Assembly (NCBI GenBank): GCA_040954595.2
Contig: CM082577.2
Span: 5,382,301 to 5,446,300 of the forward strand
DNA: 64,000 nt
DNA from: Balanoglossus misakiensis
Taxonomy: Eukaryota > Animalia > Hemichordata
Direction of reading: 5' to 3'
Part shown: in pieces, positions 49,766-61,900 of the stretch
Position numbering within the stretch: the first letter of the stretch is position 1
Layout of the letters: each line of letters opens with the position of its first letter
Translations under genes and position numbers: made by a program
The notes under the pieces: generated by a model
What the model was told of the DNA's origin: nothing
The model's input: only the letters and a program-made list of their open reading frames with translations
The model's database searches: none

Positions 49766-50671
49766 AATATGGAGGCGCATATTTTTGTGGGTGAATTTCA
49801 CCCCGAACGTGCTTAGTTGGTAGGTTGGTAGGGACCCGATCGATTTCAAAGCTTGTAAAGAATTTAACTATTGTACGCGGCCGGTTCCCTATCACAAACG
49901 GTTGTTCTGTCCGCTTTCAGGCTGTACTTGCACTCTCAAAAAGGTCCTGCGTTCTATTTCTCTAAAAAGTAAATAAAAACTGTGTGAGAAAACACAGCTC
50001 AAAGAGGCGTCGTATGCCAACGAAAACCATTAAGAACTATGGCCCACGGCAATCAAAATATGCCGTCGTTTTTTTTCAGTGCGCCGTAGTGCGACCGCTT
50101 TGAAAACTTCGACTGAAAAGCGACTGAATCGATTTAGGATTTTGCACGCCCCATTCAAGAGATATTTGCACAATGGCCATTTATATCGGCCCCGGGTGCA
50201 AATTAAAAAGCACAGTCGGAGATATTATTTCAAAAACCACAAAGACATTGATAAGAAAAAAAATTGCTGCAGGCTTTCGCTACTATACCGTCGACTGTGA
50301 CTGACTACGTCATGTCACGTGTGTCGCTGCTACCATGGCTGGTATCGGTGACGTCGTGTTGGCGAAAATCGCCGCTGTATACCTCACTTCATACGCCACC
50401 CTCTGTCAGATGACAACACGAAATCATGTTTGATATTCTTTCTGCATTTTTCTGACAATAAATTCTTTCAAATGAACAGCAGTGTCACAGTGTCTGGCTA
50501 CAAGCCGTCGCATGCGCTGTGCTATTTGCGATATGAATATTTCACAACTCTCATTAATTATTCACCGTGACATCAGATTCCTTTGCGCATGCAAGATATG
50601 CCGTGATGAGCTGAGACGAATCTTTCTCCCCTTTTGCAGTTTCTGGTCTCGAGTGACTCGAGTTCAACACC

Positions 50672-53600
50672 ATGACGACACTTGCCACGTCATACTACGT
50701 CACACCCGGCACGCTTCAAGATCTGATATCGAAGCCAAAAGACGCCGGACCACGAGAGGAGCAAAAACTGGCCATGAACAAAAGAAAGGTGAAATGGTGT
50801 CCTTCACTGCGCACCAAAAAGGGATACTTCATCAAGAACACAAAATGCAACAGGGGTATGTATCCGAAATGGTTATTTTTCCACTTTGTGATAAAAGATT
50901 GTCATATGTTGTCAACTTTGTTCTCGTTTTATACTGTCAATTTTTTATTTGCAACTTTAGATTAAGGTGACACTCGTATGTGAAATTAATGGGCTATGCC
51001 AAAGTCTGAACATTCAAATATATATTTCTTTTATTTCTATGACAGTTTCTAAGGAGGGTCTCCCTTTGAAGGACATGGAAGTTGCCATCGTAGCGCAGTT
51101 GAAACAACTGCAGCTGAAGAAACTGGAGGCCGTCCCCGTCTGCCGCGGCCACGGCGCGGCTGACGAAGATTACCTGGAGCACCTGGCGAGCGAATCCAGC
51201 TTGCTGGCGTCGCTTGGACGAGTGTACATGGAGAGGAGTAAAACCAACAAGCAAACAGCGGATCTGATTCGATCCGCGGCGCTCTACAACGCAGCAATGG
51301 CAAGATCCGCCAAGCTGGCAGACTCGTCGGCCATTGAGAACCTCTCCGGTCGAAAACTGGACGTAGAGGGCGAGCTGCTCTCCTTACTGGCGGGAAAGAG
51401 GAGGCGGGTTTTGGACAACGACGTCGAGAAATTCCACCGGTCGGAGTTGGACAAGATACGGCGGATGTGCCACCGCGAACTGCAGGACATCAACGTTAAC
51501 TGCAGTCCGCACACGGCGGGAGGCGACCAACAGTGGGAGAAGGTGCAGCAGTCGAAACGACTGCGCGGCGTCCAGCGTCTCTACCGTGACGTCAACAGAA
51601 AGCTGAAGTCGGTCGTCTGCGAGATGTGGAAGTGCTGCGTGCAGGTTCTCGGAAAGCCCCCGTGCAGGTACGCGCTGGTCGCCATCGGTGACTTCGGTAG
51701 GGGTGTCGTGACGCCGTACTCAGACTTGGAAATTGCCGTGTTGATCGAAGAAAGTGCGGACACATGCCGTAACAAACGATATTTCCAAAAATTACTTCAA
51801 TATCTGCTCCTCAAGTTTGTGAACTTGGGCGAGACCATTCTACTATCGGTGGGTATAAAGTCCCTCAATCACGTCACGAATCCCGAAAACAACTGGTACA
51901 TTGATCTCGACACGCCGCGAGGGGTCGCTTTACATATCCCCAAACCACCTGTTGGAGCGGTATCCTTGGACAAGGCGCTACTTATCAGAACGCCGTCAAA
52001 GATGGTGAAACTTCTGGCGGAGACGTCCGACGGGAAAAGACATCGGCTCCAGTCTTCCGACTCGCTGCTGACGACCGAGTTCATCGCCGGCAGCGAGTTT
52101 CTGGTCCGTGACTACAAATACCTTGTCGGCGATCTACTCGCGAGACCGGTCAACGTGAATCCGTCCAAGAGTGGTGTTGACCGCTGGTGTCCCATCAGAT
52201 CGCTGTTTGCGGGAAATATTTTGGGGAGAGTCTGCCGAAGTTGTACACCGACCATCGGACTAGGGGAAACCATCGCTCGTTTCAGAAACGACTTGTGGAT
52301 GCCCGATGCGATCATCAACGCCTTGGCCCTGCTTTCCGGAATGTCGCCAGGCAATCCGTGGTCCGTCATCGGCGAGTCTCGAAAGCGGCGCCAATTTCTA
52401 CCGCAGGTCATCGAAAGTCTCGGTTATCTGATCGGCGTGTCGGCAGAATCGAGGCTTCGGATGAGCATGCTCAGATTCGCGAAGTCGCAGAACGAGTCTG
52501 CCGAAGACATGTCAATCGTGACGTCAGAATCGGCGATGACGACAAGCTACGACTCCGCCCACAACTTTTACGAATTGATTTTCCAATTTGTTGATATGGC
52601 TTCCAGGGAGAAGTTGTTGAAACACCCGGATCCGACAGCTTTATCGGAAGTCTTCAAAAGTGACTTTTTCTCTGCGTCGTCTCAACAAATGAACATCAAT
52701 CTGAACTTAAGGTTAGGCCTTCACGCGGAAGCGGAGAAGGATCTCCAGGCGTTGGCCGAGAGCGATCCAGAGGACCACAGTTCGACCACCGATCTGATCA
52801 GCGTTCTTCTGAAAACAAGATCTCTCAGGCAGATCTCCAGGGTGTATTCGCTGATGGTGCAAAAACACAAGGTGGGGTTGGACAGCGCGCCCACTGAAGG
52901 AACCGGCCGTAAGAGCGGCGAAGGCGACTTGAAGGAGACATCGACCGACTTCATGCAGGCGGCCAACATCTTGTTGCAGCGCTCCGACAACGCGCTCCAA
53001 AGGAAGGCCGATCCGGGCGACGGGGAGGAGGCGCTTCAGCGCGCGGTGGAGCTCAATAACCTCGGCGTCGCTTGGTTCGAGTTCGGCCAGCCAGAGAAAG
53101 CCCGGCTGTGTTTTCAGCAGTGCTTCATCCTGTGGAGGAACGTGCACCTGGCCGACGACGGCATCCACGGCGACGTCGCCGACTGTCTGAACAAGCTGGG
53201 TCTGTGCTACAGCAAGGCGATGGACGAGGAGAACTGCGTCGCCCACCACCGGCTGGCGCTGCACATGTACCTGAAGATTCACCACGGGGACAGGGCCCAC
53301 CCTGACATCGCGGACACGCTGGTCAAGCTGGCGCACGCCCTCGGCATGGCCAGGAAGTTTCACCAAGCCCTGGTCAGCCAGAAGGCGGCGCTCCAAATCT
53401 ACGGGGTGCTGTGGAGCGACACGGCGCCCCACCCCGACGTGGCCGCCTGTCTTCACGGACTGGGCAAAACTTTCTACGTTCTCAGCCAGTACGACAAAGC
53501 TATGCAGTGCCACAGGAGAGCCGTAGAGATGTACACGAAGTTGTACGGCGAGGATCCCATGAGACGAGAGGTTGCCGAGTGCTTCGAAACACTGGCCGAG

Positions 53601-54875
53601 GATTTCCGAGTGACGGGGAAACTGTCCGAAGCCATATTTTACATGGAGAAAGCGAGGTTGATTTACGAGAACGTCTATGGAACGGATATCCCAAATCCTC
53701 GAGTAGCTTATTGCTATGACAACTTAGGTGCTGTATACTACGCGACCGGCAACAACACGATGGCGGTAGACTGCTACGAACGGTCCGTGGCCATGAATAT
53801 GGCGATGGGTGGCGACAACTACGCGAGTGTGAAGATGGCGGAGACGTTGAAAGACTTGGGGAATGCGTGGATCGCGCTCGGTGATTACGGCAAATCTGTC
53901 GACTGCCACAGGCGAGTCTGCGAAATGTACGACGCCATCCACGGCAAGGCGGCCCGAAACGCGGACAAAGTGACTGCCCTCAGCGATCTCGGCGCTGCGC
54001 TGGAGCTCTTCGGGGATTTTTCCCGCGCGATCGAGTATCACCGCCGGGCTCTGAAAATGGCCGAGAAGCTGAACGCAGGCGAGGACACGGTTTCCTCGTC
54101 GGTGGCGAAATGCATGGCTGCCTACGGCGGGGCGTGGTGCTTGGTCGGAAACGCCCAGAAGGCGGCCCTGTACCTACAGAAGGCGCTCGACATGTTCCAC
54201 GAAATCTACGGAGCTGGCAGCGACCACACCAACATCGCGTCGACGCTGGCCGATCTGGGCAACGCGTACGACATGATGGGCAAGTACGAGGAGGCCGTAG
54301 ATTACCACAACGTCGCCCTGCAAATGTACCGGGACATCTACGGCGACGACGAACCGCATCCCAACATAGCGATGTGTATGCTGAATCTAGGGGCGGCCTG
54401 GTCATTCCTCGGCAACCGGCAGAAGACGATCGAGTGCTACAGCCAGGCGCTGGAACAGAACCGCCAGCTCTTCGGCAAGGGCACCCACCACCCGCGGATC
54501 GCGACCTGTCTGAGAAATCTCGGGCAGGCGCTGTGCGCGGCCGGGCGACACGAGGAGGGCGTCCCACACTTGGAAGAAGCCCTGAGCATCGGTCGCAGTC
54601 TACGCGACGCTGAATCCGAATCCGACGGCTTGTCGCTTATACCCGCACTGAGGAATCTCGGAAACGCCACCTACGACGTGAAGAGGTACGACAAGAGCGT
54701 GGAGTACTTCGGAGAACTTCTCGAAATCCAGAGGCGGGCGGGCGGAAGTGACGACAATCTTTCGGCCATTGCAGAAACGTTGAAGAAGCTGGCCAGCTCG
54801 TATAGGTCACAAGGTGACCGCCAGAAAGCCACCCTTTACGAGAAGCAAGAAAGAGAAATAGCGGATAGGGCGTGA
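50672..54875 (+). CDS. Nucleotidyltransferase-like (Pol-beta/GlnD/DUF294-type) domain + long TPR array protein, ~1337 aa
   Basis: Exons 50672-50855 (phase-1 donor G|GTATGT) and 51046-54875 (acceptor ttctatgacag|), 4014 nt. NTase-like motif PPCRYALVAIGDFGRGVVTPYSDLEIAVLI at ~51657-51746. From ~53030 there are about 14 repeats of ~44 aa (HPDIADTLVKLAHAL, HPNIAMCMLNLGAAW, HPRIATCLRNLGQAL), kinesin-light-chain/NPHP3-type TPRs. Confidence 0.88.
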
Positions 54876-54954
54876 GACTAAAAATACGGATACCCTGATC
54901 AAGCTTCTTGGGTTGTTGGCCGCGACATGAGAAGTGAATAGTTGACGGAAACTG

Positions 54955-55012
54955 ACCTCTCTCTCTCTCTCTCTCTCTTTTTTTTTTTTTTTTTTTTTTG
55001 GGGGGGGGGGGG
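54955..55012. repeat. (CT)n + poly-T + poly-G tract in the 3' region of the TPR gene
   Basis: Seen directly. Confidence 0.8.
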
Positions 55013-55540
55013 TCATTTCGAAGACGAGGAAACGGAAAGAAAGCCAAATAACGATGTTTTTTTTTTTAATTTTAAACTTTCAATTTAATTTACATAGATC
55101 TTTTATTACAGTCCCAATTCCCATTGTGTACAGTACTGTTGAAAATTAATTCAAGAAATTTAGTTGAAATCACAATATGAGATAGCCATGTGAAGCATTA
55201 CATTTACATATTTGTTTTTATTTTATGACCTTTTCTATTTGCTCAGTGTAATAGACCTGTATTAAACTTGTGACGTTGAAGTGTCACATTGCTGTATTGT
55301 AAAAATAATAGACGCGCTCACATTTGTCTGTGTTTATTTGTTTTTTCTGACGCCTTTTACGTTACCCATCTAATAATTCATGTACATACGGTCGTCGCTG
55401 TCAGACCAAAGATAGCAATCATACGCACCCTCGTTTATTTATTCCCTCCCTATTAATCTACCCGCAGCACAAGAAAATATTTGGCCCCAAACATTTTTTT
55501 AAAGTCCGCTATGCGGTGTGTTGTATGAAGGACTTTCGAA

Positions 55541-56707
55541 TCAATTTTCGTATTTCATATTATTATAGTAGACATCTTGAAAATTTCCAATCTGTGCGTC
55601 AGGTAAGTTCTCCACAAATGTAGTTGTATCGTCGCGCAGCATTTCGTCACTCTCCACAAGGCGATAACCGAACATCTTCCACACTCTCTCGGGACACAGC
55701 TCTTGCATCTCCCGAACATTCTCATATTTGACCCCTTTTCGCCAGGCCTCTGCGTTCCCTGGTTTTCGGCCCGAGACCCTCCCGATGATGTCTTGGATGA
55801 CGTCATCCGTGCCAATTCCTATGAATTCGTAGAGTTTAGAAACGACTTCGGTGGGCCGGTTGACCATGTCTTCGTAACGGACGAGCATCGAGTTGTTTCT
55901 GAGCCAGTCGGGGCCGTTGAGCAGGACGACGTAATTCGTCTCCAACCACCTGCAGTAGTCGACCAGTTCTTTTCGCAGGCGGTCGTTCAGCTGCAGTTCT
56001 CCCTCCGTCACGAAGCGACTGGAGCTGGACTCGAACATCTCGCGAGATTTGATCAACCCACGGGGATCCCGGACGAGGAATATCACTTTGACGTCGTGTT
56101 TACGTAGCACAGGTGCGGCGTAGAGGATATTATAGATCCGCAACACTTTCGTGATCACGTGTTTCTTCGACCGGCAAAAGCGAGTGAGATCGTCGATAGT
56201 CGCAGAGCCCGCCGGGAAGGGAAAGTTGCCGTTATTCCGGAAAAGGGGGACGTCGTTCACGTCTTTTATGAAGTACGGATGCTGCGTGAAATTGCACGAG
56301 TAAACGCCGTCCAGAAAACTCAACAACTGCGGGCGGATTTTCTCGAGAAATTCGAAGTCTTCGCCGCAGATTCCGGCGGCGTGGTTGGCCACTATCCAGC
56401 CGGGCTCATAGAAGTAAAAGAAATCCGGGTTCTTGCCGAAGTAGGTGCCGGTGACACTTGACCCCGATCGCTTGCGGGCGTGGATCATGACGTTGGTGCG
56501 ATTCCCGCCGTCGGGCGAGACTCGGCGACCGGCGGGCGAGGAGCGCACCGATTCGAGACTCTGCTTATCATAGCGTTGGAACAAACGCAGGTGGTGGTTG
56601 TCCTTTAATGCAATTACCAGCAAGAGGCCACACAACAGAATTAAAAGAAGAATATTCTTCTTGGCTTTGACCTTTGACTTGGCTAGCAGCGAGCTCAATG
56701 GCGTCAT
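55541..56707 (-). CDS. Golgi carbohydrate sulfotransferase (CHST1/3/5-like Gal/GlcNAc-6-O-sulfotransferase family), 388 aa, single coding exon
   Basis: Type II anchor ILLLILLCGLLLVIAL, 5'-PSB HARKRSGSSVTG, FFYFYEPGW, 3'-PB LVRDPRG..SR and VRYED. Acceptor tttgtag| lies just upstream of ATG 56707. Confidence 0.92.
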   Translation of the reverse strand: MTPLSSLLAKSKVKAKKNILLLILLCGLLLVIALKDNHHLRLFQRYDKQSLESVRSSPAGRRVSPDGGNRTNVMIHARKRSGSSVTGTYFGKNPDFFYFYEPGWIVANHAAGICGEDFEFLEKIRPQLLSFLDGVYSCNFTQHPYFIKDVNDVPLFRNNGNFPFPAGSATIDDLTRFCRSKKHVITKVLRIYNILYAAPVLRKHDVKVIFLVRDPRGLIKSREMFESSSSRFVTEGELQLNDRLRKELVDYCRWLETNYVVLLNGPDWLRNNSMLVRYEDMVNRPTEVVSKLYEFIGIGTDDVIQDIIGRVSGRKPGNAEAWRKGVKYENVREMQELCPERVWKMFGYRLVESDEMLRDDTTTFVENLPDAQIGNFQDVYYNNMKYEN

Positions 56708-58974
56708 CTTTGGTAGCTCCTCACCTACAAAATTTGAAGTACTGAAACTCAGCAAACGCTGAAAATATTACTTACATTTCCATTAGTATTGTGGAACCAC
56801 ACAAACTCGTATTACGTACACATGCAGCTCCGTTCAGACAGGGGTACGTGATAGCTCTGATTTTGTTGTATTTTTTCAGTATTAGTGTATAGTTTAAACA
56901 TACAGCAAAATACTGCCAAGTATTTTTTACTGACATAGAAGTTCGTTAAAATGGCAAATATGAAACTCATTACTTTTTTGTACAATACTACCCAGGTGCA
57001 TGTGTTTTACTATTAATTAACATTTGCAAAATTGTGTCGATAAAGAAAATATACTGGCATATATGAAAAGGGGAACAGCGTGCCTAACATCGAAACACGC
57101 ACCGTGCATGCGGATGCGCACAAAGAATTACTGCAGTCAGCAAAATGACACGTGTCATTGTTGAACTAGTCTCTAACGACGCGAAAGGGAAAAACTCTTC
57201 ATATCTTTCCGCTACCGAGTCATTGCTGTTCGGCCCACCTCAAAATAAATTGTAAAATATTCCTAAAATATTTTTTCTAGACTGGCGCGACAATTTTTCA
57301 TTGAGTTGTTAGTAATGTGCAAATTTCAAATTACCAAATAGCAGTCTACGCGTACTCAGACGTGACAGTTATCAACAAACACTAAAAAAACTCCAAAAGT
57401 GGAAAATGTTGGGATAGAAAGTCTCTCACGGTTTAGAGAAAAGTCAAAAGGTAAGACAGAATAAAATTAGTAATTCAACATTCAAAATTCACACAAAAAA
57501 ACTTACTTTATGTGGAGTCTCCAGTGGTCTGAGCAAATCTGAAAGGACGATTTAAAACCAGGATCGTGACATAATCTGAGGGCCGCGTGATGCTGCAGGC
57601 GGCAGGTGCTGACTGGTTCATTTGCGTCACAGGTGATGTCGAAACTGTTGAAGCTTGTTAGAGCGATGGTGACTTTACATGAAAAATACCAAGAGGTGAA
57701 TAATAAACTAAAAGTAAAGGAAATTGTCCATAAAAAAGAAAATACGCAAAAACCAATGAAAAAAATACTGTTCACGAAAAACCAACTTCAAATATGGCCC
57801 CAAAGCTATGAGCACGCGTACAATATGATTCTTGTTGTACAAACATTTTCCTAAAACTGCACAAGTGTTCAATGCTTATACATGTATGCATATTTATGTT
57901 TGTACAGATTAGTCGAGGAGAGAATGTTTTGAGATTAAACGCGTTGCCTGCAGTTCACAAATCTAAACAGACACTGAAAAAACATGGTGTATATTCACAC
58001 GCACTTATTTGTCAGCGTTTTATTTCTCCAATACAATGCAAGCAGGCGCAGTATGGGGAAATGGGGCAAGTAGGACACTTAGCAGGTTTTTTGATCGGCC
58101 CGTTTCTGCATAGCCGGACTCGGACCATTCTCGGTCTCTTCACTGGCGAACGAAGGTTGCCTTGCTCGGCCAGTTCCTCAGTCACTTCAGTACGAAGGCG
58201 CGACCGGCCGAGGTTGACAAAGCCTGCAGTACCGTTCACATATTGGTCATTTGTACACATTTCGCATTACAATTCAGCGAAAATTATCACTGTGCTATAG
58301 AGGGCGCTAATCATGTCGTTGGTAAGCAACAACTGGCTCGGCATTCCAACGCAACTCATAAAATTTGACGAATCGAAAATTTCAATGTCGGTTATTTCCA
58401 TTTTTGAAATCTTCATTGATCCACAGGAAGAATAAACCACGAGACTCTTTGGTCTGCCAGCGTGGTCGAGTTCACTTGAAACGTTCAAAGTTTTGAAAAA
58501 AATAGTTTTAAAGATAAAAGTCTTTCATCATCAATATCGGCTGCCGGACAATGTTGCATGTCCGCATAACTGAATAGTGGCGAAGCGTTTTTTGATATTT
58601 TTAAACATGCACGTCGATTACAAATAACACATAGCAAACTCCTTCCAATTTAAATTTTGCACTTCACGAAATTACGAGAAATGATTTTGGGGACTTCACC
58701 GCATCAGATGAAAACTGGCACAAGAACCCCAAAAACTCATTTCCAAGAGCTTGCTGCTTACGACATCCGTGTATTGCTTCGATGGGACAAAATCCACCTG
58801 AATTTACAGATAAAAAACACCACTGTTATCCACATTGGTGACCTTGTGTACACAGCTTCACGCATAGATAAAAAACCGTGAGTCCGCTGCGCTCATCCAG
58901 ATCTAGAGTCTACTGTGCGCCGTGACGATTGCAACCAGAATCTGTCGTGGCTCGCTAGAGAGTGGACGCAAAAA

Positions 58975-61900
58975 ATGTACAACTCTGACTTCGCGCTCAC
59001 AGACGCCGACGCCGGCGTTGTCAAGGAGAGGCGCCGCGAGAAGTACGTTCTATGGTCCCTGGTGGTGCTTTCGGTTTTACTGCTGGTCGCCGTCATTGTG
59101 CTGGGCGTTCTCTACGGCATCGAAGTCAGCAGCGGGGCGGAGGTGGCCACCGCGGCGCCCGAGCCGTCGCCCTCGCCGCCGGGACCCGACTACTGCCTGA
59201 CGACGGAGTGCATCTTGACGGCGGCGCAGCTGCTGGGCAACATGAACGAGTCGGCGGACCCCTGCGAGAACTTCTACAACTACGCCTGCGGCGGGTGGCT
59301 TGAGAAGTACGACATCCCGGCCGACTACTCCAGCTACGGCACCTTCACGCAGATCAACGACGAGAACATGCAGATCATCAAGCAGGTGCTGGAGACGCAG
59401 TCGTACAACCACGACAGCCGGGCGGAACAGAAGACCTACGATCACTACGTCTCCTGCCTGAACACGGACAAAATGGACGAGCTGGGCGCGCAGCCGTTCT
59501 TGGACGTCGTTGACCGCCTTGGAGGCTGGGACATTTTGGGAAACTGGGATGAAGCAAACTGGGTATTCAGCAACGCCCTCGGGGATCTCGATCATTATTA
59601 TCGAGTCAAGCCGTTCTACTCTTGGGACATCGGGCCTGACGATATGAACCCAAACATTTCACTGTACAGGGTAAGTTAATTGCCAATTTTCGTGAAAACT
59701 AATTCGTCGCAAGAAAATATTTTTTCTTCTTCTGAAAATCACCATGGATCACATGACCAATTTCATTATTGGCACTAATCAACTGTCGCGCGGTCGTGCG
59801 AGTACGCTTATCAAATTTAAAAAAAAACACCAAGTTTTGCGTTTCAGTCTTTTATAACTTTAATATTTTTTTCATTAAAAAATAACAGGGTCGGTCAGCC
59901 CTAAATTCTGAATTCCGCGCGTAAACGACTGTAAGGATGCACAGCATACGCACTACATAAAAACAAATGCGGGTGCTTTCCGTATATCCACATCCAAGCC
60001 TCGCTTGGGTAAAAGGAGAATAGTATAGCAGTGATCTGAATATAAACACTCAAATTTAGACGCGCAAACTTCAACACTCAGGTTGTGTGCTGTGGCTCTC
60101 GGCAACGTCTCACTTTATCAAAGGAGATAACGCCACACGTACACACACGACTCTGTCAAAAACAACAACCGCAAAGTTGACTGCCGTCGGGACATTTCCC
60201 ATGAGAGACGACGTCCCATCAATCACTTGGAGATGGGTCATCGTGTAGATACTGAAATTCCACGGTGTCCCAGATGATCTCACCACGTCGTGGATCGGTC
60301 AGAGTGACCTATGGACTCTGCGGACACACTCTACACGGCATACCCATTGTTCAATAATATGCATTTTTTTTAAATTGCGTGGACCTTGTATGTTTATTAT
60401 TTGTGATCTATGCTTTCCAGTGCGTGATTTGGTGAGACAAATTGAGGTAAAATTGCTCGGCAGACATAGTGCTGAAATTGTACTAGAATATAGAAAGTCG
60501 GGTTACAGAAGAGAGGAAATGGGAAATAGGTCTGTTCAGCAGAGAAAGGGAAAGAGAGAGAAAGACACTCAGACAGACAGACTGACTGACAGACTGATCC
60601 CATCAAAGAGCGGCGGAGAAAACATAGACTGATATGTATTGTATACAGGTGTTTTATTTCTTTATCTAGTTTGCACACATGTCGTTTCTGACGGACACAA
60701 AAACAGCGGAAACAGATTGGGATGCAGCTTCAGTTTTCCCACACCTTTTGCTTTTGTGTGTGTAACTTTGGTCAACAACGAACAGTTGGAAAAATCGAAG
60801 TACATTTGTAATCTAGTTTTCGATTGTGGGCGTTCGGCAGACAGAGGTAACAGAGAGATCATCACGGGTTGGCAATTGGCATAATAGAAATAACGCCGGT
60901 CGCTAAGAGGTGACTGGGCGAAGAAGCCAGGCGGCTGACACGCAGTGATCTCGCAATATCGTTTCTGATTGCGCGTACTCATTGCCAGCGCAGTCTTGAA
61001 AGGCCCTCAGCAGATGCTTCGACATCAGCCCTGGGCGAGCAGAGGACGATCAGAGACGGATGATAACAGACCTATTACGGACGACGAGAGAACTTGGAAC
61101 AGATGATGTCACGATTAACTCGACGCTGATTTATTGTGCTGCAGATATGTACAGCAATCTAAACCAGTAATAACAGCAGCTACGACGTTTTCAAGGATTC
61201 TGCCACGGTTCTTCGTCACACGATAAACTATTCTTTCTTGGTATATATTTCAAACGCTATATTGCGAGGGACGGGGAATTCGAACTACTTTGACGTCATG
61301 GTGTCATTATGGTGCGCCAAATACTAAACGTTAATTTCTCGCGAGGGGCATATTGTACGAAATCATTCACTAATGCCGACGATCCAACCCTCCCACCACT
61401 GGCCAAATGGAAACTCCCTGGCTGATCTGGTTAACCCTTCGTCGTAAGTACTGAACGCTCCATTTAGCCAATAAGTCGGTCCGCCCTCGTCATTGCGTTG
61501 TAATTTCCCTTGGTGACTAAGCGGGAACTGCAAACCATGCAAAAAATGTTCAACAGAAAATGATTTTGACACTTAATTGGGGGGGGGGGTGATATGACTG
61601 GCGGGAACGTAAAGATCTGTTCTTCGGGACGGAAAGAGTCCGAACTGTCGTTAGTCAAATTAAGACCCCACAATGAGCAACGAATTTCGAAGCAAAATAT
61701 TAGTACTATTTTTGTGAGTTGAAGTCTGTTCTAGTGAAAAGTGTGCAGATGTTCAATTCTTTATCAAAATTTTGCCTAAACGGATATTTTGATGAAAACA
61801 ACGACTGTAATTACAACCTGATTACATCAAGTTTCCTGAAAATATTTACTTCGCTTGGTCGGATGTTTTTTAACAATTTTTAGGTCAAGGTATGGAGGTC

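Noticed and set aside
50967-51045. ORF-track start of the 1302-aa ORF
   Set aside because: The first 26 codons are intronic (AT-rich, polypyrimidine tract + CAG at 51045). The real start is probably the exon at 50672.
52713-54670. Antisense ORFs of 266 and 195 aa over the TPR gene
   Set aside because: Same GC3 shadow effect; no independent coding signal.
58012-58260. Cys-containing 82-aa minus-strand ORF (CPTC...CACLHC) between the sulfotransferase and M13 genes
   Set aside because: No recognisable domain or convincing splice context; may be a repeat fragment.
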